Positions 48,973-59,700 of a DNA stretch of 64,000 bases are shown in pieces. Position 1 is the stretch's first letter, and each line of letters starts with the position of its first letter. The position numbers and the translations under genes were made by a program. Where the stretch lies: NCBI GenBank assembly GCA_963771175.1, contig CAVYSY010000036.1:62385-126384 (forward strand), read 5' to 3'. The notes under the pieces are model-generated. The model had not been told where the DNA came from. It searched no databases and worked only from the letters and a program-made list of their open reading frames with translations. This DNA comes from an uncultured delta proteobacterium. GTDB lineage: Bacteria; Myxococcota; Myxococcia; Myxococcales; Myxococcaceae.

Positions 48973-49563
48973 TCAGGCCGCGACACCCCGGAGCAGGCGT
49001 GCCAGCGGCGGCTCCGTCTCCGAGCCGTTGAGCGTCAGCCGAGTGCTCGGCATGCGGTGCAGCCGCAGCAGCAGCTCGCGCTCCACCCCGTACACCCACG
49101 CCAGGTGGCCCAGCGGCCAACGGGCCTGCATCTGCTCGAAGGCCTCGTCGTCGAACTCCCCCTCCTCCAGGCACTCGGGCAGCTCTACCTCGTCGTACAG
49201 CAACCGCTCTCCGCCCACATGGTGGCCTCCACCGAAGGCCAGGACCTCCTCGTACTCCTGGGGGTCGTAGACGTAGGAGTGGACGGTGATGCCCATCTCC
49301 TGGGACAGCAGCCGGGCCAGGGCATGGTGCTCGCTGTACCAGTGCGAGCCCCGACGCCCCGCGGTCCGTGGGCCGTCCAGGGCCAGCCGGATGACCTTGC
49401 GCCGACGGTAGACGGATACCGTCAACAGGGTGTCCTCCGGGGCGCCGTCCAGGACGAGCGCCCGCCGGGCCAGCTCCATGAGCCGCAGGTTCCCGAGAGA
49501 CTCTATTCGGATGAGGTAACCGCCGTGCGCTTCCAGTCGACACCCCCCAATGTGGGGCCGCAT
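48973..49563 (-). CDS. Hypothetical protein (start uncertain)
   Basis: The C-terminal ~190 aa of ORF 48973..54141 has protein-like composition ([13 protein letters not shown]...WPLGHLA); the rest of that ORF is antisense shadow. Confidence 0.65.
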   Translation of the reverse strand: MRPHIGGCRLEAHGGYLIRIESLGNLRLMELARRALVLDGAPEDTLLTVSVYRRRKVIRLALDGPRTAGRRGSHWYSEHHALARLLSQEMGITVHSYVYDPQEYEEVLAFGGGHHVGGERLLYDEVELPECLEEGEFDDEAFEQMQARWPLGHLAWVYGVERELLLRLHRMPSTRLTLNGSETEPPLARLLRGVAA

Positions 49564-49710
49564 ATACCTGGGAGAGAGGGAGAAAGGCAACTCCCGGAGA
49601 GTCTGGAAGTCCGTAGAGGCTCCAAGCATCCAGGCCCCTGCCCGACCCGAAGTGAAATGCCAGGGCCCGCGCGTGCTTGCCAAGGGGTCTTCGACCCTTA
49701 CGTTGGGGTC

Positions 49711-52314
49711 ATGCGACTCGACAAGTTCACTGTAAAGGCCCAAGAGGCCATTCAAGAGGGGCAGTCGCTGGCCCGTCGTGCCGATAACCCGAACTATGAG
49801 CCCGAGCATCTCGCGACGGCTCTGCTCGGGCAGAAGGACGGCATCGTCGAGCCGCTGCTGCGCAAGATTGGTGTGGACGTGAAGCTCTTCGCCTCCCGGC
49901 TGGGAGAGGCGCTCCAGAAGCTGCCCCGGGTGCAGGGCGGCGAGAGCGCGATGCTCAGCCAGCGGCTGATGAAGACCTTCGACAAGGCCGAGGACGAAGC
50001 CAAGTCCCTCAAGGACGACTTCGTCTCCAGCGAGCACCTGCTGCTGGCCCTCACCCAGGACAAGGGCTCCGTGGGCGAGGTGATGAAGTCCTCGGGCGTG
50101 ACGCGCGACCGCGTGCTCAACAGCCTGAAGGAGGTGCGCGGCTCGGGCCGGGTGACCAGCCAGGACGCCGAGTCCACCTACCAGGCGCTGGAGAAGTACG
50201 GGCGCGATCTGACGGATGCGGCGCGGGCCGGCAAGTTGGATCCGGTCATCGGCCGCGACGAGGAGATCCGCCGCTGCATCCAGGTGCTCAGCCGGCGCAC
50301 GAAGAACAACCCGGTGCTCATCGGTGAGCCGGGCGTGGGCAAGACGGCCATCGTCGAGGGCCTGGCGCGGCGCATCATAGACGGGGACGTGCCCGAGGGG
50401 CTGAAGAACAAGCGCCTCGTGACGCTGGACCTGGGCGCGATGGTGGCCGGAGCCAAGTTCCGCGGCGAGTTCGAGGAGCGCCTCAAGGCGGTCCTCAAGG
50501 AGGTGGCCGACGCGGCGGGGGAGATCATCCTCTTCATCGACGAGATGCACACGCTGGTGGGCGCGGGCAAGGCCGAGGGCGCGATGGACGCGGGCAACAT
50601 GCTCAAGCCGGCGCTGGCGCGCGGGGAGCTGCACTGCATCGGCGCCACCACGCTGGACGAGTACCGCAAGCACATCGAGAAGGACGCGGCCCTGGAGCGG
50701 CGCTTCCAGCCGGTGATGGTGGGCGAGCCCACGGTGCACGACACCATCAGCATCCTGCGCGGCCTCAAGGAGCGCTACGAGGTGCACCACGGCGTGCGCA
50801 TCCAGGACTCGGCGCTGGTGGCGGCGGCCAACCTGTCCAACCGCTACATCTCCGACCGCTTCCTGCCGGACAAGGCCATCGACCTCGTCGACGAGGCGTG
50901 CAGCCGCCTGCGCATCGAGATCGACTCGATGCCCACGGAGCTCGACGACATCCGGCGGAAGATCACCCAGTTGGAGATCGAGCGCGAGGGCCTGCGCAAG
51001 GAGACGGATCCGCACTCGCAGGAGCGGCTGGCGCAGATTGAGAAGGAGCTGGCCAACCTCAACGAGCGCTTCAACGCGCTGAAGACGCACTGGGACCAGG
51101 AGAAGAAGGCGATTGCCGGCATCCGCGAGCAGAAGGAGAAGCTCGAGAAGGCCAAGAACGACCAGGCGACGGCGGAGCGGCAGGGCGACTTCAACAAGGC
51201 CGCGGAGGTGAAGTACGGCGTCATCCCCGGCCTGGAGAAGGAGATCTCCCAGCAGAACGAGAAGCTGACCGAGCTGCAGAAGAGCCACAAGTTCCTCAAG
51301 GAGGAGGTGGACTCGGAGGACATCGCGCAGGTGGTGGGCAAGTGGACGGGGATTCCCGTCTCGCGACTGGTGGAGGGAGAGGTCCAGAAGCTGGTCCACA
51401 TGGAGGACCGGCTGGCCAAGCGCGTGATTGGTCAGCGCAGCGCCATCGAGGCGGTGAGCAACGCGGTGCGCCGGGCGCGCTCCGGGTTGCAGGACCCGAA
51501 CCGGCCGATCGGCTCGTTCATCTTCCTGGGCCCCACCGGCGTGGGCAAGACGGAGACGGCCAAGGCGCTGGCGGAGTTCCTCTTCGACGACGACAGCGCG
51601 ATGGTGCGCATCGACATGTCCGAGTACATGGAGAAGCACGCCGTGGCCCGGCTCGTGGGCGCCCCTCCGGGGTACGTCGGCTACGAGGAGGGCGGCCAGC
51701 TCACCGAGGCGGTGCGGCGCCGGCCGTACACGGTGGTCCTGTTCGATGAGATCGAGAAGGCCCACCCGGACGTCTTCAACATGCTGCTCCAGATCCTGGA
51801 CGAGGGCCGGCTGACGGACAGCCAGGGGAGGACCGTGGACTTCAAGAACACGGTGCTCATCATGACGAGCAACATCGGCTCGCAGGCCCTGCAGGAGGGG
51901 ATGGCGGGCAAGGAGGAGCTGGACGAGGCCACGCGCGACGACGTGATGGGGATTCTCCGCCAGCACTTCCGGCCGGAGTTCCTCAACCGCGTGGACGAGG
52001 TCATCCTCTTCGAGCCGCTGCGGAAGAAGGACATCCAGCACATCGTGGCGCTGCAGGTGGCGAGACTGCAGAAACTCCTGGCCGACAAGCGGCTGACGCT
52101 GGAGCTGACGGAGAAGGCGGAGGCGCTGCTGTCCGAGCGCGGCTACGACCCGACGTACGGAGCGCGACCGCTGAAGCGGGCCATCCAGAAGTACCTGATG
52201 GATCCGCTGGCGCTGAAGGTGCTGGGCGGCGAGTACGCCCCCGGAGACCACATCGTGGTGGACGCCGACAAGAACGGGCTCACCTTCGGCAAGGGGCAGG
52301 CGAAGGCGGCGTAG
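49711..52314 (+). CDS. clpB: ATP-dependent disaggregase ClpB
   Basis: Two AAA+ modules ([16 protein letters not shown]), middle coiled coil, [20 protein letters not shown]. Confidence 0.98.
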   Translation: MRLDKFTVKAQEAIQEGQSLARRADNPNYEPEHLATALLGQKDGIVEPLLRKIGVDVKLFASRLGEALQKLPRVQGGESAMLSQRLMKTFDKAEDEAKSLKDDFVSSEHLLLALTQDKGSVGEVMKSSGVTRDRVLNSLKEVRGSGRVTSQDAESTYQALEKYGRDLTDAARAGKLDPVIGRDEEIRRCIQVLSRRTKNNPVLIGEPGVGKTAIVEGLARRIIDGDVPEGLKNKRLVTLDLGAMVAGAKFRGEFEERLKAVLKEVADAAGEIILFIDEMHTLVGAGKAEGAMDAGNMLKPALARGELHCIGATTLDEYRKHIEKDAALERRFQPVMVGEPTVHDTISILRGLKERYEVHHGVRIQDSALVAAANLSNRYISDRFLPDKAIDLVDEACSRLRIEIDSMPTELDDIRRKITQLEIEREGLRKETDPHSQERLAQIEKELANLNERFNALKTHWDQEKKAIAGIREQKEKLEKAKNDQATAERQGDFNKAAEVKYGVIPGLEKEISQQNEKLTELQKSHKFLKEEVDSEDIAQVVGKWTGIPVSRLVEGEVQKLVHMEDRLAKRVIGQRSAIEAVSNAVRRARSGLQDPNRPIGSFIFLGPTGVGKTETAKALAEFLFDDDSAMVRIDMSEYMEKHAVARLVGAPPGYVGYEEGGQLTEAVRRRPYTVVLFDEIEKAHPDVFNMLLQILDEGRLTDSQGRTVDFKNTVLIMTSNIGSQALQEGMAGKEELDEATRDDVMGILRQHFRPEFLNRVDEVILFEPLRKKDIQHIVALQVARLQKLLADKRLTLELTEKAEALLSERGYDPTYGARPLKRAIQKYLMDPLALKVLGGEYAPGDHIVVDADKNGLTFGKGQAKAA

Positions 52315-52333
52315 TCTCCCCTGCCCTGCTCTG

Positions 52334-52368
52334 AAGCCCCCGGGCCGCGAAGGTCCGGGGGCTTTTTT
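52334..52368 (+). terminator. Intrinsic terminator after clpB
   Basis: AAGCCCCCGGGCC-GCGAA-GGTCCGGGGGCTTTTTT. Confidence 0.85.
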
Positions 52369-52419
52369 CATGCATGGCCGCCCATTGACGGTCCAAGGCA
52401 TCCGACAGAGAGTCGCCCC

Positions 52420-54450
52420 GTGATTCTCCCACTGGTGGCCGCCCTCCTGGCGAGCCAGCCGAACGACCTCCAGCAGCCCGACACGGGTGCCCCCGGCCCC
52501 GCAGTTGTCGGCGAAAGCACGCCGGCCCCCGCCGAGACGCTCCCCGCCCCCCCTCCCGAGCCCGAGGAGATCGACCGGCGCAAGCAGACGGTCATCACCG
52601 CCTCGCGCACCGAGCGCAAGCTCGAGGACGTGGTGGTGGCCACCGAGGTCATCACCCGGAAGCAGATCCAAGCCATCGGCGCGAGGGACCTCGGCCAGCT
52701 CCTCCGGCAGCACCCGGGCGTCGAGCTCGTCCACACCTTCCGCGGCACGGGCCTGCGCCTGCAGGGGTTGGATCCCGAGTACGTGCTCGTGCTCGTCGAT
52801 GGTGAGCGCGTCAGTGGCCGGGTGGGCACCACGCTCGACCTGGGGCGCTTCAGCCTGCGCGACGTGGAGCGCGTGGAGATCGTCAAGGGTCCGGCCGCGG
52901 CGCTCTACGGCGCGGATGCCATCGGCGGCGTGGTGAACCTCATCACCCGCCGTGTGCAGCGCCCCCTGGAGGCGAGCGCCCGGGGCTCCTTCGGCATGCT
53001 CCTGGAGGGCGACGTCCGCGCGCACGCGGGCACGAAGCAGGGTCCCTTCGAGGTGCGCGTGGGTGGCGGCTACCGCACCCGCAACCCCTACGACTGGGAG
53101 CCCACGGACGCGGCGACGAGTGGCGCGGGCCTCAAGCGGCTCGATGGCGACGTGGCCCTCTCCTACTCGCCCGATGACCGCTCCCGGCTGTGGCTGCGCA
53201 GCCAGTACAACCGCCGCGACGAGGACGCCGTCGACCTCAACCCCTCGGGCGCCGTGCTCGACCGCCGGCAGCGGCAGGAGCAGTTCGATGTCTCGCTCGG
53301 CGGCCGGAAGCTGCTCCCCAGCGACACCTCGCTGCTCGTCCGGGGACACTTCGGCCTCTTCCGAGATCAGCTCCTCCAGGACCAGCGCGGCTCGCGGGCG
53401 CTCGACGACTACTCGCAGAACATCACCCGGCTCTACGAGGGAGTCTTCCAGGCGGACCACCGCATGGGCCAGCATGCGCTGACCGGGGGCATCGAGGTGC
53501 TCGGCGAGCGCCTCAGCTCGATGCGGCTCGTGGAGAGCCCGGTGGGCCGCATCCGGGGCGGCGTGTTCGTCCAGGACGAGTGGGACGTGGCGCTGTCCTC
53601 GGATGACTCCGGGCCGAAGCTGAAGGTGGCGCCGGGCTTCCGCTTCGACCTGGACTCGCAGTTCGGCGGAGCGCCCTCGCCCCGGCTCGCCCTCAAGCTG
53701 GATCCGAGCCCGGCCCTGACGGTGCGCACCTCGGTGGGCCTCGGGTTCCGCCCACCGTCCTTTCAAGAGCTCTACCTCCGCTTCGCCAACCAGGGCATCG
53801 GCTACATTGTCGCGGGCAACCGGAACCTCACGGCCGAGCGCTCGGCGGCGGTGAACGTCGGCGTGGACTGGCGCCCTCCCCTCGACGGCTGGGTGCTCTC
53901 CGCGAGCGGCTTCCACACCCGCCTCAACAACCTCATCAACATCACCGCCGGAGGCGTGCCGAACCCGGACGACCCGGTGACCTTCAGCTACGAGAACGTG
54001 GCCCGGGCGTACACCCAGGGCGTCGAGCTCAACGGCCGCTTCAAGCTGCCCGTGCGCTCGACGTACCTCGATCTGGGGTACATGCTCCTCGACGCGAAGG
54101 ACCTGACGCGCGATCGCCCGCTGGAGGGCCGCGCCCGGCACCGCGTCAACGCGCAGCTCACCACCCGCTACCGCCCGCTGGACCTCGAGGCCGTTGTCCG
54201 GGGTTCGTGGGTGAGTGGCCGGCCGTACTTCCTCGGGGAGGCCGGCGGCATGGCCAACGTGCTCGGCTACGGAGAGGAGAGGGAGGTGTGGGCGCCCTCG
54301 TACTTCGATCTCGAGACCTCGGTCACCTACAAGCTCCGAAGCGGGTTCGAGGTCTTCGTCACCGGCTACAACCTGCTCAACGTGGGCGACCAGCAGTTCA
54401 ACCCGCGCCCTCCACGAGGCGTTCTGGGTGGCGTCCAGTGGGAGTACTGA
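52420..54450 (+). CDS. TonB-dependent outer-membrane receptor (probably heme/siderophore)
   Basis: TVITASRTE TonB-box-like segment, plug LVLVDG...VERVEIVKGP.AALYGADAIGGVVNLIT, FRPPSFQELY, C-terminal aromatic residue. Confidence 0.92.
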   Translation: MILPLVAALLASQPNDLQQPDTGAPGPAVVGESTPAPAETLPAPPPEPEEIDRRKQTVITASRTERKLEDVVVATEVITRKQIQAIGARDLGQLLRQHPGVELVHTFRGTGLRLQGLDPEYVLVLVDGERVSGRVGTTLDLGRFSLRDVERVEIVKGPAAALYGADAIGGVVNLITRRVQRPLEASARGSFGMLLEGDVRAHAGTKQGPFEVRVGGGYRTRNPYDWEPTDAATSGAGLKRLDGDVALSYSPDDRSRLWLRSQYNRRDEDAVDLNPSGAVLDRRQRQEQFDVSLGGRKLLPSDTSLLVRGHFGLFRDQLLQDQRGSRALDDYSQNITRLYEGVFQADHRMGQHALTGGIEVLGERLSSMRLVESPVGRIRGGVFVQDEWDVALSSDDSGPKLKVAPGFRFDLDSQFGGAPSPRLALKLDPSPALTVRTSVGLGFRPPSFQELYLRFANQGIGYIVAGNRNLTAERSAAVNVGVDWRPPLDGWVLSASGFHTRLNNLINITAGGVPNPDDPVTFSYENVARAYTQGVELNGRFKLPVRSTYLDLGYMLLDAKDLTRDRPLEGRARHRVNAQLTTRYRPLDLEAVVRGSWVSGRPYFLGEAGGMANVLGYGEEREVWAPSYFDLETSVTYKLRSGFEVFVTGYNLLNVGDQQFNPRPPRGVLGGVQWEY

Positions 54451-54452
54451 CG

Positions 54453-55055
54453 ATGCGGACGATGCGACGGACGATGCTGCTCCTGGGGCTCGCGGTGGCG
54501 GGCTGTGCCCCGGATCTGCGCACGGACTACCCGTTCGACGGCCAGAGCAACATCGGGCCGCTCGTCGAGGTGTCGCCCCAGGAGGACGGGAGCAGCGTCA
54601 CCCTCATCGACGCGACCAACAAGTCCGCCCTGGTCTTCTTCGACATCGACGAGGGCCGGGAGCTGAAGGCCGACGAGGCCTTCGACACCAACGCGTGGGA
54701 CCTGGCCTTCCAGCGCTACACCGTCACGATGAACGGTGGCGGCGGCAACCCGACCGGCGAGGTGCGGGTGGCGGTGCTCAAGGACGCGAGCTGGGACTCG
54801 CTCACCTCCGCCCCGGCCGAGGGCTACCAACAGGATGCCTCGGAGCCGGTGTTCATCGGAGTCGAGGGCGGCTGGTACAGCTACGACCTCGTCAAGCACC
54901 GGCTCATCCCTCGCGACGAGCTGCTGTATGTGGTCCGGAGCAGCGCGGGACGGTTCTTCAAGCTGCGGATGCTCTCGTACTACGACAGCGCGGGCACGCC
55001 AGCGCGCCTCTCGTTCCGCTACCAGCCCCTGCGGGCGCCCTCCGTGGCGCCCTGA
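54453..55055 (+). CDS. HmuY-family lipoprotein
   Basis: Lipobox VAGC; WDLAFQRY...NGG; GWYSYD...H....LYVVRS..G..FKLRMLSYY. Confidence 0.85.
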   Translation: MRTMRRTMLLLGLAVAGCAPDLRTDYPFDGQSNIGPLVEVSPQEDGSSVTLIDATNKSALVFFDIDEGRELKADEAFDTNAWDLAFQRYTVTMNGGGGNPTGEVRVAVLKDASWDSLTSAPAEGYQQDASEPVFIGVEGGWYSYDLVKHRLIPRDELLYVVRSSAGRFFKLRMLSYYDSAGTPARLSFRYQPLRAPSVAP

Positions 55056-55192
55056 GCATCACTGCTCCTCGGGCAGGGGCAGTGACGACAGGGGTGCCGG
55101 AGCTGGTACGGAGGGACCGGACTCGGGCTCCAAGCCCCCCGAGCCTGGAAGCAACCGGCACCCCGGCCACCTCCAAGCACGCTCCCTCGACT

Positions 55193-57094
55193 TCAGGCCT
55201 TGGACTCGGGTACGGACAAGGCCTGGGCCGGAGGCAGACCCTGCGTGCTGGCGACCAGCATTCGCCCGAGCAGCGCCTCCGTCAGCCCGCCCCCGCCCGC
55301 ACCACCCACCGCGATGTCCGGCACCAGCTTCACGTGGTGCTCGCCGAGGATGGTGGCCACCTGCACCGCGGTGTACGCCGCCGGCCCCAGCGCCTCCTGG
55401 CCCTGGCGGTGGGCCTCGGCCTGCGCGGCGCCCACCTGGCGCACCAGCTCGGCCTCGGTCTCGGCCTTGGCGGCCCCCACCCGGCGCACCTGCTCGGCCT
55501 CCGCCTCCGCCTTCGCCGAGCCCACCATGCGCACCGACTCGGCCTCCGCCTCCGCGCGCGCCCTCACCGACGCCGCATCACCCCGCGCCGACTCCACCTG
55601 CGCCCGCGCGTTCTGCTCGCTGATGCGCACCTGCTGCTCGCTGCGCACCACCTCCGCCTGGATATTGGCGATGGCCAGCTCGCGCTGCAGGTCCTGCCGC
55701 TTGATCTCCGCCTGCCGCTGCACCTCGTACGTGCGCTGCAACTCCTCGGCGATCTTCCGGTCCGTCTGCGTCTTCATCAGCTCCGCGGGCGGCACGATGT
55801 CGCCGATGAGCGTGTCGATGCACTCCACGTCATACGCCTGGATGGCCTTGCGGATGGAGTCATACGCCTGCTTCTGCCGGTCGCTGCGCGCGGAGAGGAA
55901 CTCCAGCACCGTCACCTCCTGCGCCGAGTTGCGGAAGTAGTTGCCCACCGTGGGCTGCAGCACGTGGTCCACCAGGTTCTGCATGCTGCCCACCCGCGAG
56001 ATGACACGCGGTGCGTTCTTCACGCCAATGTGGATGATCTGCGACACGTCCAGGCTGAAGCTGAACCCGTCCTTGCTGCGCACCAGGATGCTGGAGAGCT
56101 TGTCGTCGTAGCGATGCGCCTCCGTGCGGTTGGCCCAGTTGAGGACGATGTTGGTGGTGGGCACCAGTTCCACCTTCATCACCCGCGTGTTGAGCGGGTG
56201 CTTGCCGGGCAGCAGCGGCTCCACCCAGACGCCCTTGCCTCCGCGCTCCACCAGGTCGCCGTGGGTGAAGGCGTCGCCGGACACGTCCACGTGCTCGCTG
56301 CCGACGTAGGACACCACCACCCCCACGTAGCCGATGGGAATCTCCGTCAGGGGGATGAGCTCCACCTGCACGAACCAGGGGTTGAGGTTCCACGAGCCGG
56401 ACATCAGCACCTCCTCCTGGAGGCCGCGGCAGCCGCCCGCGTCGATGAAGGCCTGCGGACTCTGGAAGCTGTCATGGCGCGCGGCGACGGGGCCGGCCAG
56501 GTCCCCCGCGGGCACCGGCTTGCCGTCCAGCACCGTGACGATGCCCACGCGATCCGGAGGCACATGGAAGACGCGGAGCTCGTCGGGGAGCATGCCGTGC
56601 CGCTCCGCGTTCGCGGCCGTCACCACCTCGAAGAGCGAGGGGTTGATGCGGTAGTGGCCCGCGGTGAGAAAGCCGCTCTGCCGGCCACGCTCGCCGCCAT
56701 TGCGCAGGAACGCCTCCGCGTCCTGGAAGTTGTCGCAGTCCACCTCGCGCCCGAGGATGCGCTCCATGGGCAGGTTCGCGCCGTCCTTGGCCACCACGAG
56801 CGCCACCTCGCCCGGCGGGACGATGACGAGCGGCACGCGCTCCACCTTGAACTGCCAGCGCCACAGGCCGTAGTGCCAGCCTGGAGGCAGCATCCGCGCC
56901 TGGTACCCTGCCTCGCCCGCGCGGGCGATGAGCCGCCCCGGAGGCAGCGGCCGCCCGAAGCGCCGGATGACGAGCCCGGACTCCCCCTCGTGGATGACCC
57001 AGGTACCCAGCATGAAAATGACCCAGAACGCCACTCCGGGCAGCAACAGCGCCGCGGCGATGAGCAGGAGGTGGGCCTGGATGAAGTCGAACAT
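55193..57094 (-). CDS. SPFH/flotillin (band 7) domain membrane protein
   Basis: N-terminal TM, repeated G.Q...L.PG.Y/W modules, SKDGF...LDVSQIIHI SPFH core, AEAEA flotillin-like coil. Confidence 0.88.
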   Translation of the reverse strand: MFDFIQAHLLLIAAALLLPGVAFWVIFMLGTWVIHEGESGLVIRRFGRPLPPGRLIARAGEAGYQARMLPPGWHYGLWRWQFKVERVPLVIVPPGEVALVVAKDGANLPMERILGREVDCDNFQDAEAFLRNGGERGRQSGFLTAGHYRINPSLFEVVTAANAERHGMLPDELRVFHVPPDRVGIVTVLDGKPVPAGDLAGPVAARHDSFQSPQAFIDAGGCRGLQEEVLMSGSWNLNPWFVQVELIPLTEIPIGYVGVVVSYVGSEHVDVSGDAFTHGDLVERGGKGVWVEPLLPGKHPLNTRVMKVELVPTTNIVLNWANRTEAHRYDDKLSSILVRSKDGFSFSLDVSQIIHIGVKNAPRVISRVGSMQNLVDHVLQPTVGNYFRNSAQEVTVLEFLSARSDRQKQAYDSIRKAIQAYDVECIDTLIGDIVPPAELMKTQTDRKIAEELQRTYEVQRQAEIKRQDLQRELAIANIQAEVVRSEQQVRISEQNARAQVESARGDAASVRARAEAEAESVRMVGSAKAEAEAEQVRRVGAAKAETEAELVRQVGAAQAEAHRQGQEALGPAAYTAVQVATILGEHHVKLVPDIAVGGAGGGGLTEALLGRMLVASTQGLPPAQALSVPESKA

Positions 57095-57129
57095 GGGGGC
57101 ACTTCCTTTCGAGTGTTGCCCGCCTGAAT

Positions 57130-57145
57130 TGCATCCGCCCTGCCA
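57130..57145 (-). promoter_or_regulatory. Sigma-54 promoter (-24/-12) of the SPFH gene
   Basis: Minus strand reads TGGCAGGGCGGATGCA, with GG and GC at exactly canonical spacing, 35 nt upstream of ATG 57094 and next to a divergent enhancer-binding protein gene. Confidence 0.8.
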
Positions 57146-57236
57146 ACTCCAACCCATTGGTTTTCCTGGAGCCCCTTCCCCGCGCGAGGACTCGAACCGA
57201 ATTGGATTTCGGTGCGACCGGTGCTCGAATGACGGC

Positions 57237-58583
57237 ATGGCCACCATCCTCTGGGAGGGCGCTCCCCCTCCGCCGTCGCTGTCCTCCCGCCTCTCCTCCG
57301 AGGACCACCGACTCGTGACGCGAGGCACCGCCGAGCTGGTCGTGGTCTGCACGCCCTCGGCGGCACGGGTGCCCCCGCCCCCCGTCGCGGCCCTGCCGTG
57401 GGTGTGGGCCAGCCGTGCGCGCATTCCCGCCCTGCTCGCCACCGAGGCCGCGCTGGCCGGCGCCTATGACACGGTGTGGCTGGGCTCCGAGGACGGGCCC
57501 CGGCGATTGCTGGCCCGGCTCGCGGAGCTGGCCACCCCCGAGCCAGCTCCGGCGGACGCGCCCACCTTCGTGGCCAGCAGCGCCGCGGCTCGCGCCACGC
57601 TCCATCAAATCCACCGCGCCGCCCGCACCTCCCAGCCCGTGCTCATCACCGGCGAGACGGGCAGCGGCAAGGAGGTGACGGCGCGGCTGCTGCACACCCT
57701 GGGCGAGCGCCGCGGCGGGCGCTTCGTGCCCATCAACTGCGCGGCCATCCCCAACGAGCTGATGGAGGGCGAGCTGTTCGGCTACACCAAGGGCGCCTTC
57801 TCCGGCGCCACGCGCGGCTTCGATGGGCAGCTCATGGCGGCCGAGGGCGGCACCGTGTTCCTCGATGAGATCGACGACACGCCCGTGCCCCTGCAGATGA
57901 AGCTGCTGCGCGTGCTGGAGGACCGGGTGGTGACGCGCCTGGGCGAGTCCGAGCCCCGGCAGGTGGACTTCCGCATCGTCGCGGCCACCAACAGGGACTT
58001 GCGCGAGCTCATCGCCCGGGGCGCCTTCGGGGCGGACCTCCACGAGCGCCTGGCCATCGTCAGCATCCACCTGCCGCCCCTGCGCGAGCGGCTGGAGGAT
58101 CTGCCCGTGCTGCTCGAGCACTTCATCGCCCGCTTCCAGCGCGAAGAGCCCTCCGCGCCGCGAGGGCCGGTGCACGTAACGCCCGAGGCGCTCGCCGCAC
58201 TCGAGGCCTACCCGTGGCCGGGCAACATCCGCGAGCTGCGCAACGTCCTCTTCGAGGTGCTCGTCTACAAGCGGGTGGGCAGTGAGATCCTCCCCTCGGA
58301 CCTACCCAAGCGCGTGCTGCGCCGGGGCGTGGAGCGGGTGGCGCGCGGCAGCCTGGACGCGGGGGCGGTGGCGCGTGCCATGGATGCGGGCACCTTCAAC
58401 CTGCGCGCGGAGGTGGAGTCGCTGGAGCGGCTGGCCCTGTCACTGGCCCTGGAGCGCACCGGAGGCAATGCCTCGCGCGCGGCGGCGCTGCTGGGCGAGG
58501 TGGGCCGCGGCCGCTCCGCCGACCCGGGCGCAACGGTGCGCGCCATGCTGCGCCGGCTCGGGATGACGGCCGGTCACAACTGA
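57237..58583 (+). CDS. Sigma-54-dependent enhancer-binding protein with atypical N-terminal domain
   Basis: GETGSGKE, ELFGYTKGAFSGA, FLDEI, WPGNIRELRN, C-terminal Fis-like helix pair. Confidence 0.92.
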   Translation: MATILWEGAPPPPSLSSRLSSEDHRLVTRGTAELVVVCTPSAARVPPPPVAALPWVWASRARIPALLATEAALAGAYDTVWLGSEDGPRRLLARLAELATPEPAPADAPTFVASSAAARATLHQIHRAARTSQPVLITGETGSGKEVTARLLHTLGERRGGRFVPINCAAIPNELMEGELFGYTKGAFSGATRGFDGQLMAAEGGTVFLDEIDDTPVPLQMKLLRVLEDRVVTRLGESEPRQVDFRIVAATNRDLRELIARGAFGADLHERLAIVSIHLPPLRERLEDLPVLLEHFIARFQREEPSAPRGPVHVTPEALAALEAYPWPGNIRELRNVLFEVLVYKRVGSEILPSDLPKRVLRRGVERVARGSLDAGAVARAMDAGTFNLRAEVESLERLALSLALERTGGNASRAAALLGEVGRGRSADPGATVRAMLRRLGMTAGHN

Positions 58584-58585
58584 CC

Positions 58586-58802
58586 TGGGACTCACCCGCC
58601 CAGGACGAGGCCGCCCGGATCCGTCGTGGCCCCGAGCCGCGAGGTCGCCTTTCGCGCCGCGCCGCTCTGCGGGTCGCGCTCGAGCACGAGCCGCCAGGCC
58701 TCCCGCGCCTGCTCGCTCCGGCCGAGCCGCTCGAGACAGTCCCCCCAGGCCAGCAACCCGGAGCCGCCTTGTCCCTTGTACGGGTGCGTGGCCCCGGCCT
58801 CG
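58586..58802. repeat. 217-bp direct repeat, copy 1 (orphan 3' end of the TPR gene)
   Basis: Aligns without gaps to 62061..62277 with about 10 mismatches by my count. Confidence 0.92.
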
Positions 58803-58832
58803 GGGCGCACGGCACTCAACGCGGCACCGGTC

Positions 58833-59654
58833 TCACCGCAGCGCTTCCAGCTCCGTGAGCCGGGCAAGCAATTGAGCGGGCTGCTCCTCGTCGGCGAGCC
58901 GCTCCGCCAGCCCGTGACTGGCCAGCCGTGCCACGTGGGCCAATCGCACCAGGTGTGCACGCCCGCGCTCTCCTCCCACGAGCACCACCAGCAGCCGCAG
59001 GGGCAGGCGATCCGGCGTCTCGGCCTGGAGGGGCTTGGCCAACGTCACGACGGCGGCCACCGGCGCGGCGTGCTCGACGAAGGCGTGGGGCACCGCCACG
59101 CCGTTGCCCACCATGCAGGAGGCCTCTGCCTCGCGCCGCTTCAGCTCCGCCACCAGCCGGGGGGCGCTCATGCCGGGGCAGGCCACCACCAGCCGCCCCG
59201 CGGCCACGTCCAGCGCGTCCTCGAGCGCCGTGCAGGTGAGGCGCAGCACCATCCGCTCGGGCGCCAGCAGCGGGGCCAGGGCGGGCACCGGGGCCTCATG
59301 CCCGGCGACACTCCGCACGGGAAACTCCGCGTCCAGGAACTCGCGCACCCGGGCGAGCTGCTGACTGGAGAGGCCCCGGCGCGCCATCTCCAGGAAGAGC
59401 ATGCTGGCGCCAGGCACCTGCTCCACGTAGTGGGCCACGAAGGGGCTCAGCCGGTTCGCCACGTCCATGAGCAGCGTGGGGGGCACGTCCAGCTCGCGGG
59501 CGATGGCGGAGAGCCGCTCCGGCGTGGGAGCCGCATCCAGCCCGTTCTCCACACGGCTGAGGTAGGCGCTGGACACGCCGATGCGACGGGCGAGGTCGCG
59601 CAGACTCAGCCCCGCGTCCACGCGCAGCAGTCGGATGGTCGCTCCCAGATGCAT
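58833..59654 (-). CDS. XRE-type HTH fused to a PTS EIIA (Ntr/fructose-like) domain
   Basis: LSLRDLARRIGVSSAYLSRVENG HTH; RREAEAS..VGNGVAVPHA EIIA motif with the phosphorylatable His. Confidence 0.88.
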   Translation of the reverse strand: MHLGATIRLLRVDAGLSLRDLARRIGVSSAYLSRVENGLDAAPTPERLSAIARELDVPPTLLMDVANRLSPFVAHYVEQVPGASMLFLEMARRGLSSQQLARVREFLDAEFPVRSVAGHEAPVPALAPLLAPERMVLRLTCTALEDALDVAAGRLVVACPGMSAPRLVAELKRREAEASCMVGNGVAVPHAFVEHAAPVAAVVTLAKPLQAETPDRLPLRLLVVLVGGERGRAHLVRLAHVARLASHGLAERLADEEQPAQLLARLTELEALR

Positions 59655-59700
59655 GACGTCGTCGTCTCGTTTCCGGTTCGTGCGAGTTGCGGATGATGAC

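Noticed and set aside
49676..49702. Possible sigma-32-like promoter (CTTGCC-N13-CCCTTA) or CIRCE upstream of clpB
   Set aside because: Only a weak match to the heat-shock consensus, and no CIRCE inverted repeat.
49564..54141. 1722-aa minus-strand ORF (48973..54141)
   Set aside because: Antisense shadow of clpB and the TonB receptor, a common artefact of high-GC codon bias. Only the last ~190 codons look like a real gene.
54215..57127. 970-aa plus-strand ORF, and similar long ORFs at 30094..33126, 30114..33056, 27421..29823, 22910..25027, 59581..61881 and 5693..7753
   Set aside because: They overlap well-supported genes on the opposite strand or in another frame, and have low-information R/G/H/L/A-rich translations with no motifs. 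The exception is a short stretch of 5693..7753 that supplies the kelch lipoprotein's N-terminus.
58592..58960. 122-aa ORF as an independent TPR gene
   Set aside because: A chimera of an out-of-frame part of the HTH-EIIA gene and the duplicated 3' fragment of the TPR gene; no credible start.
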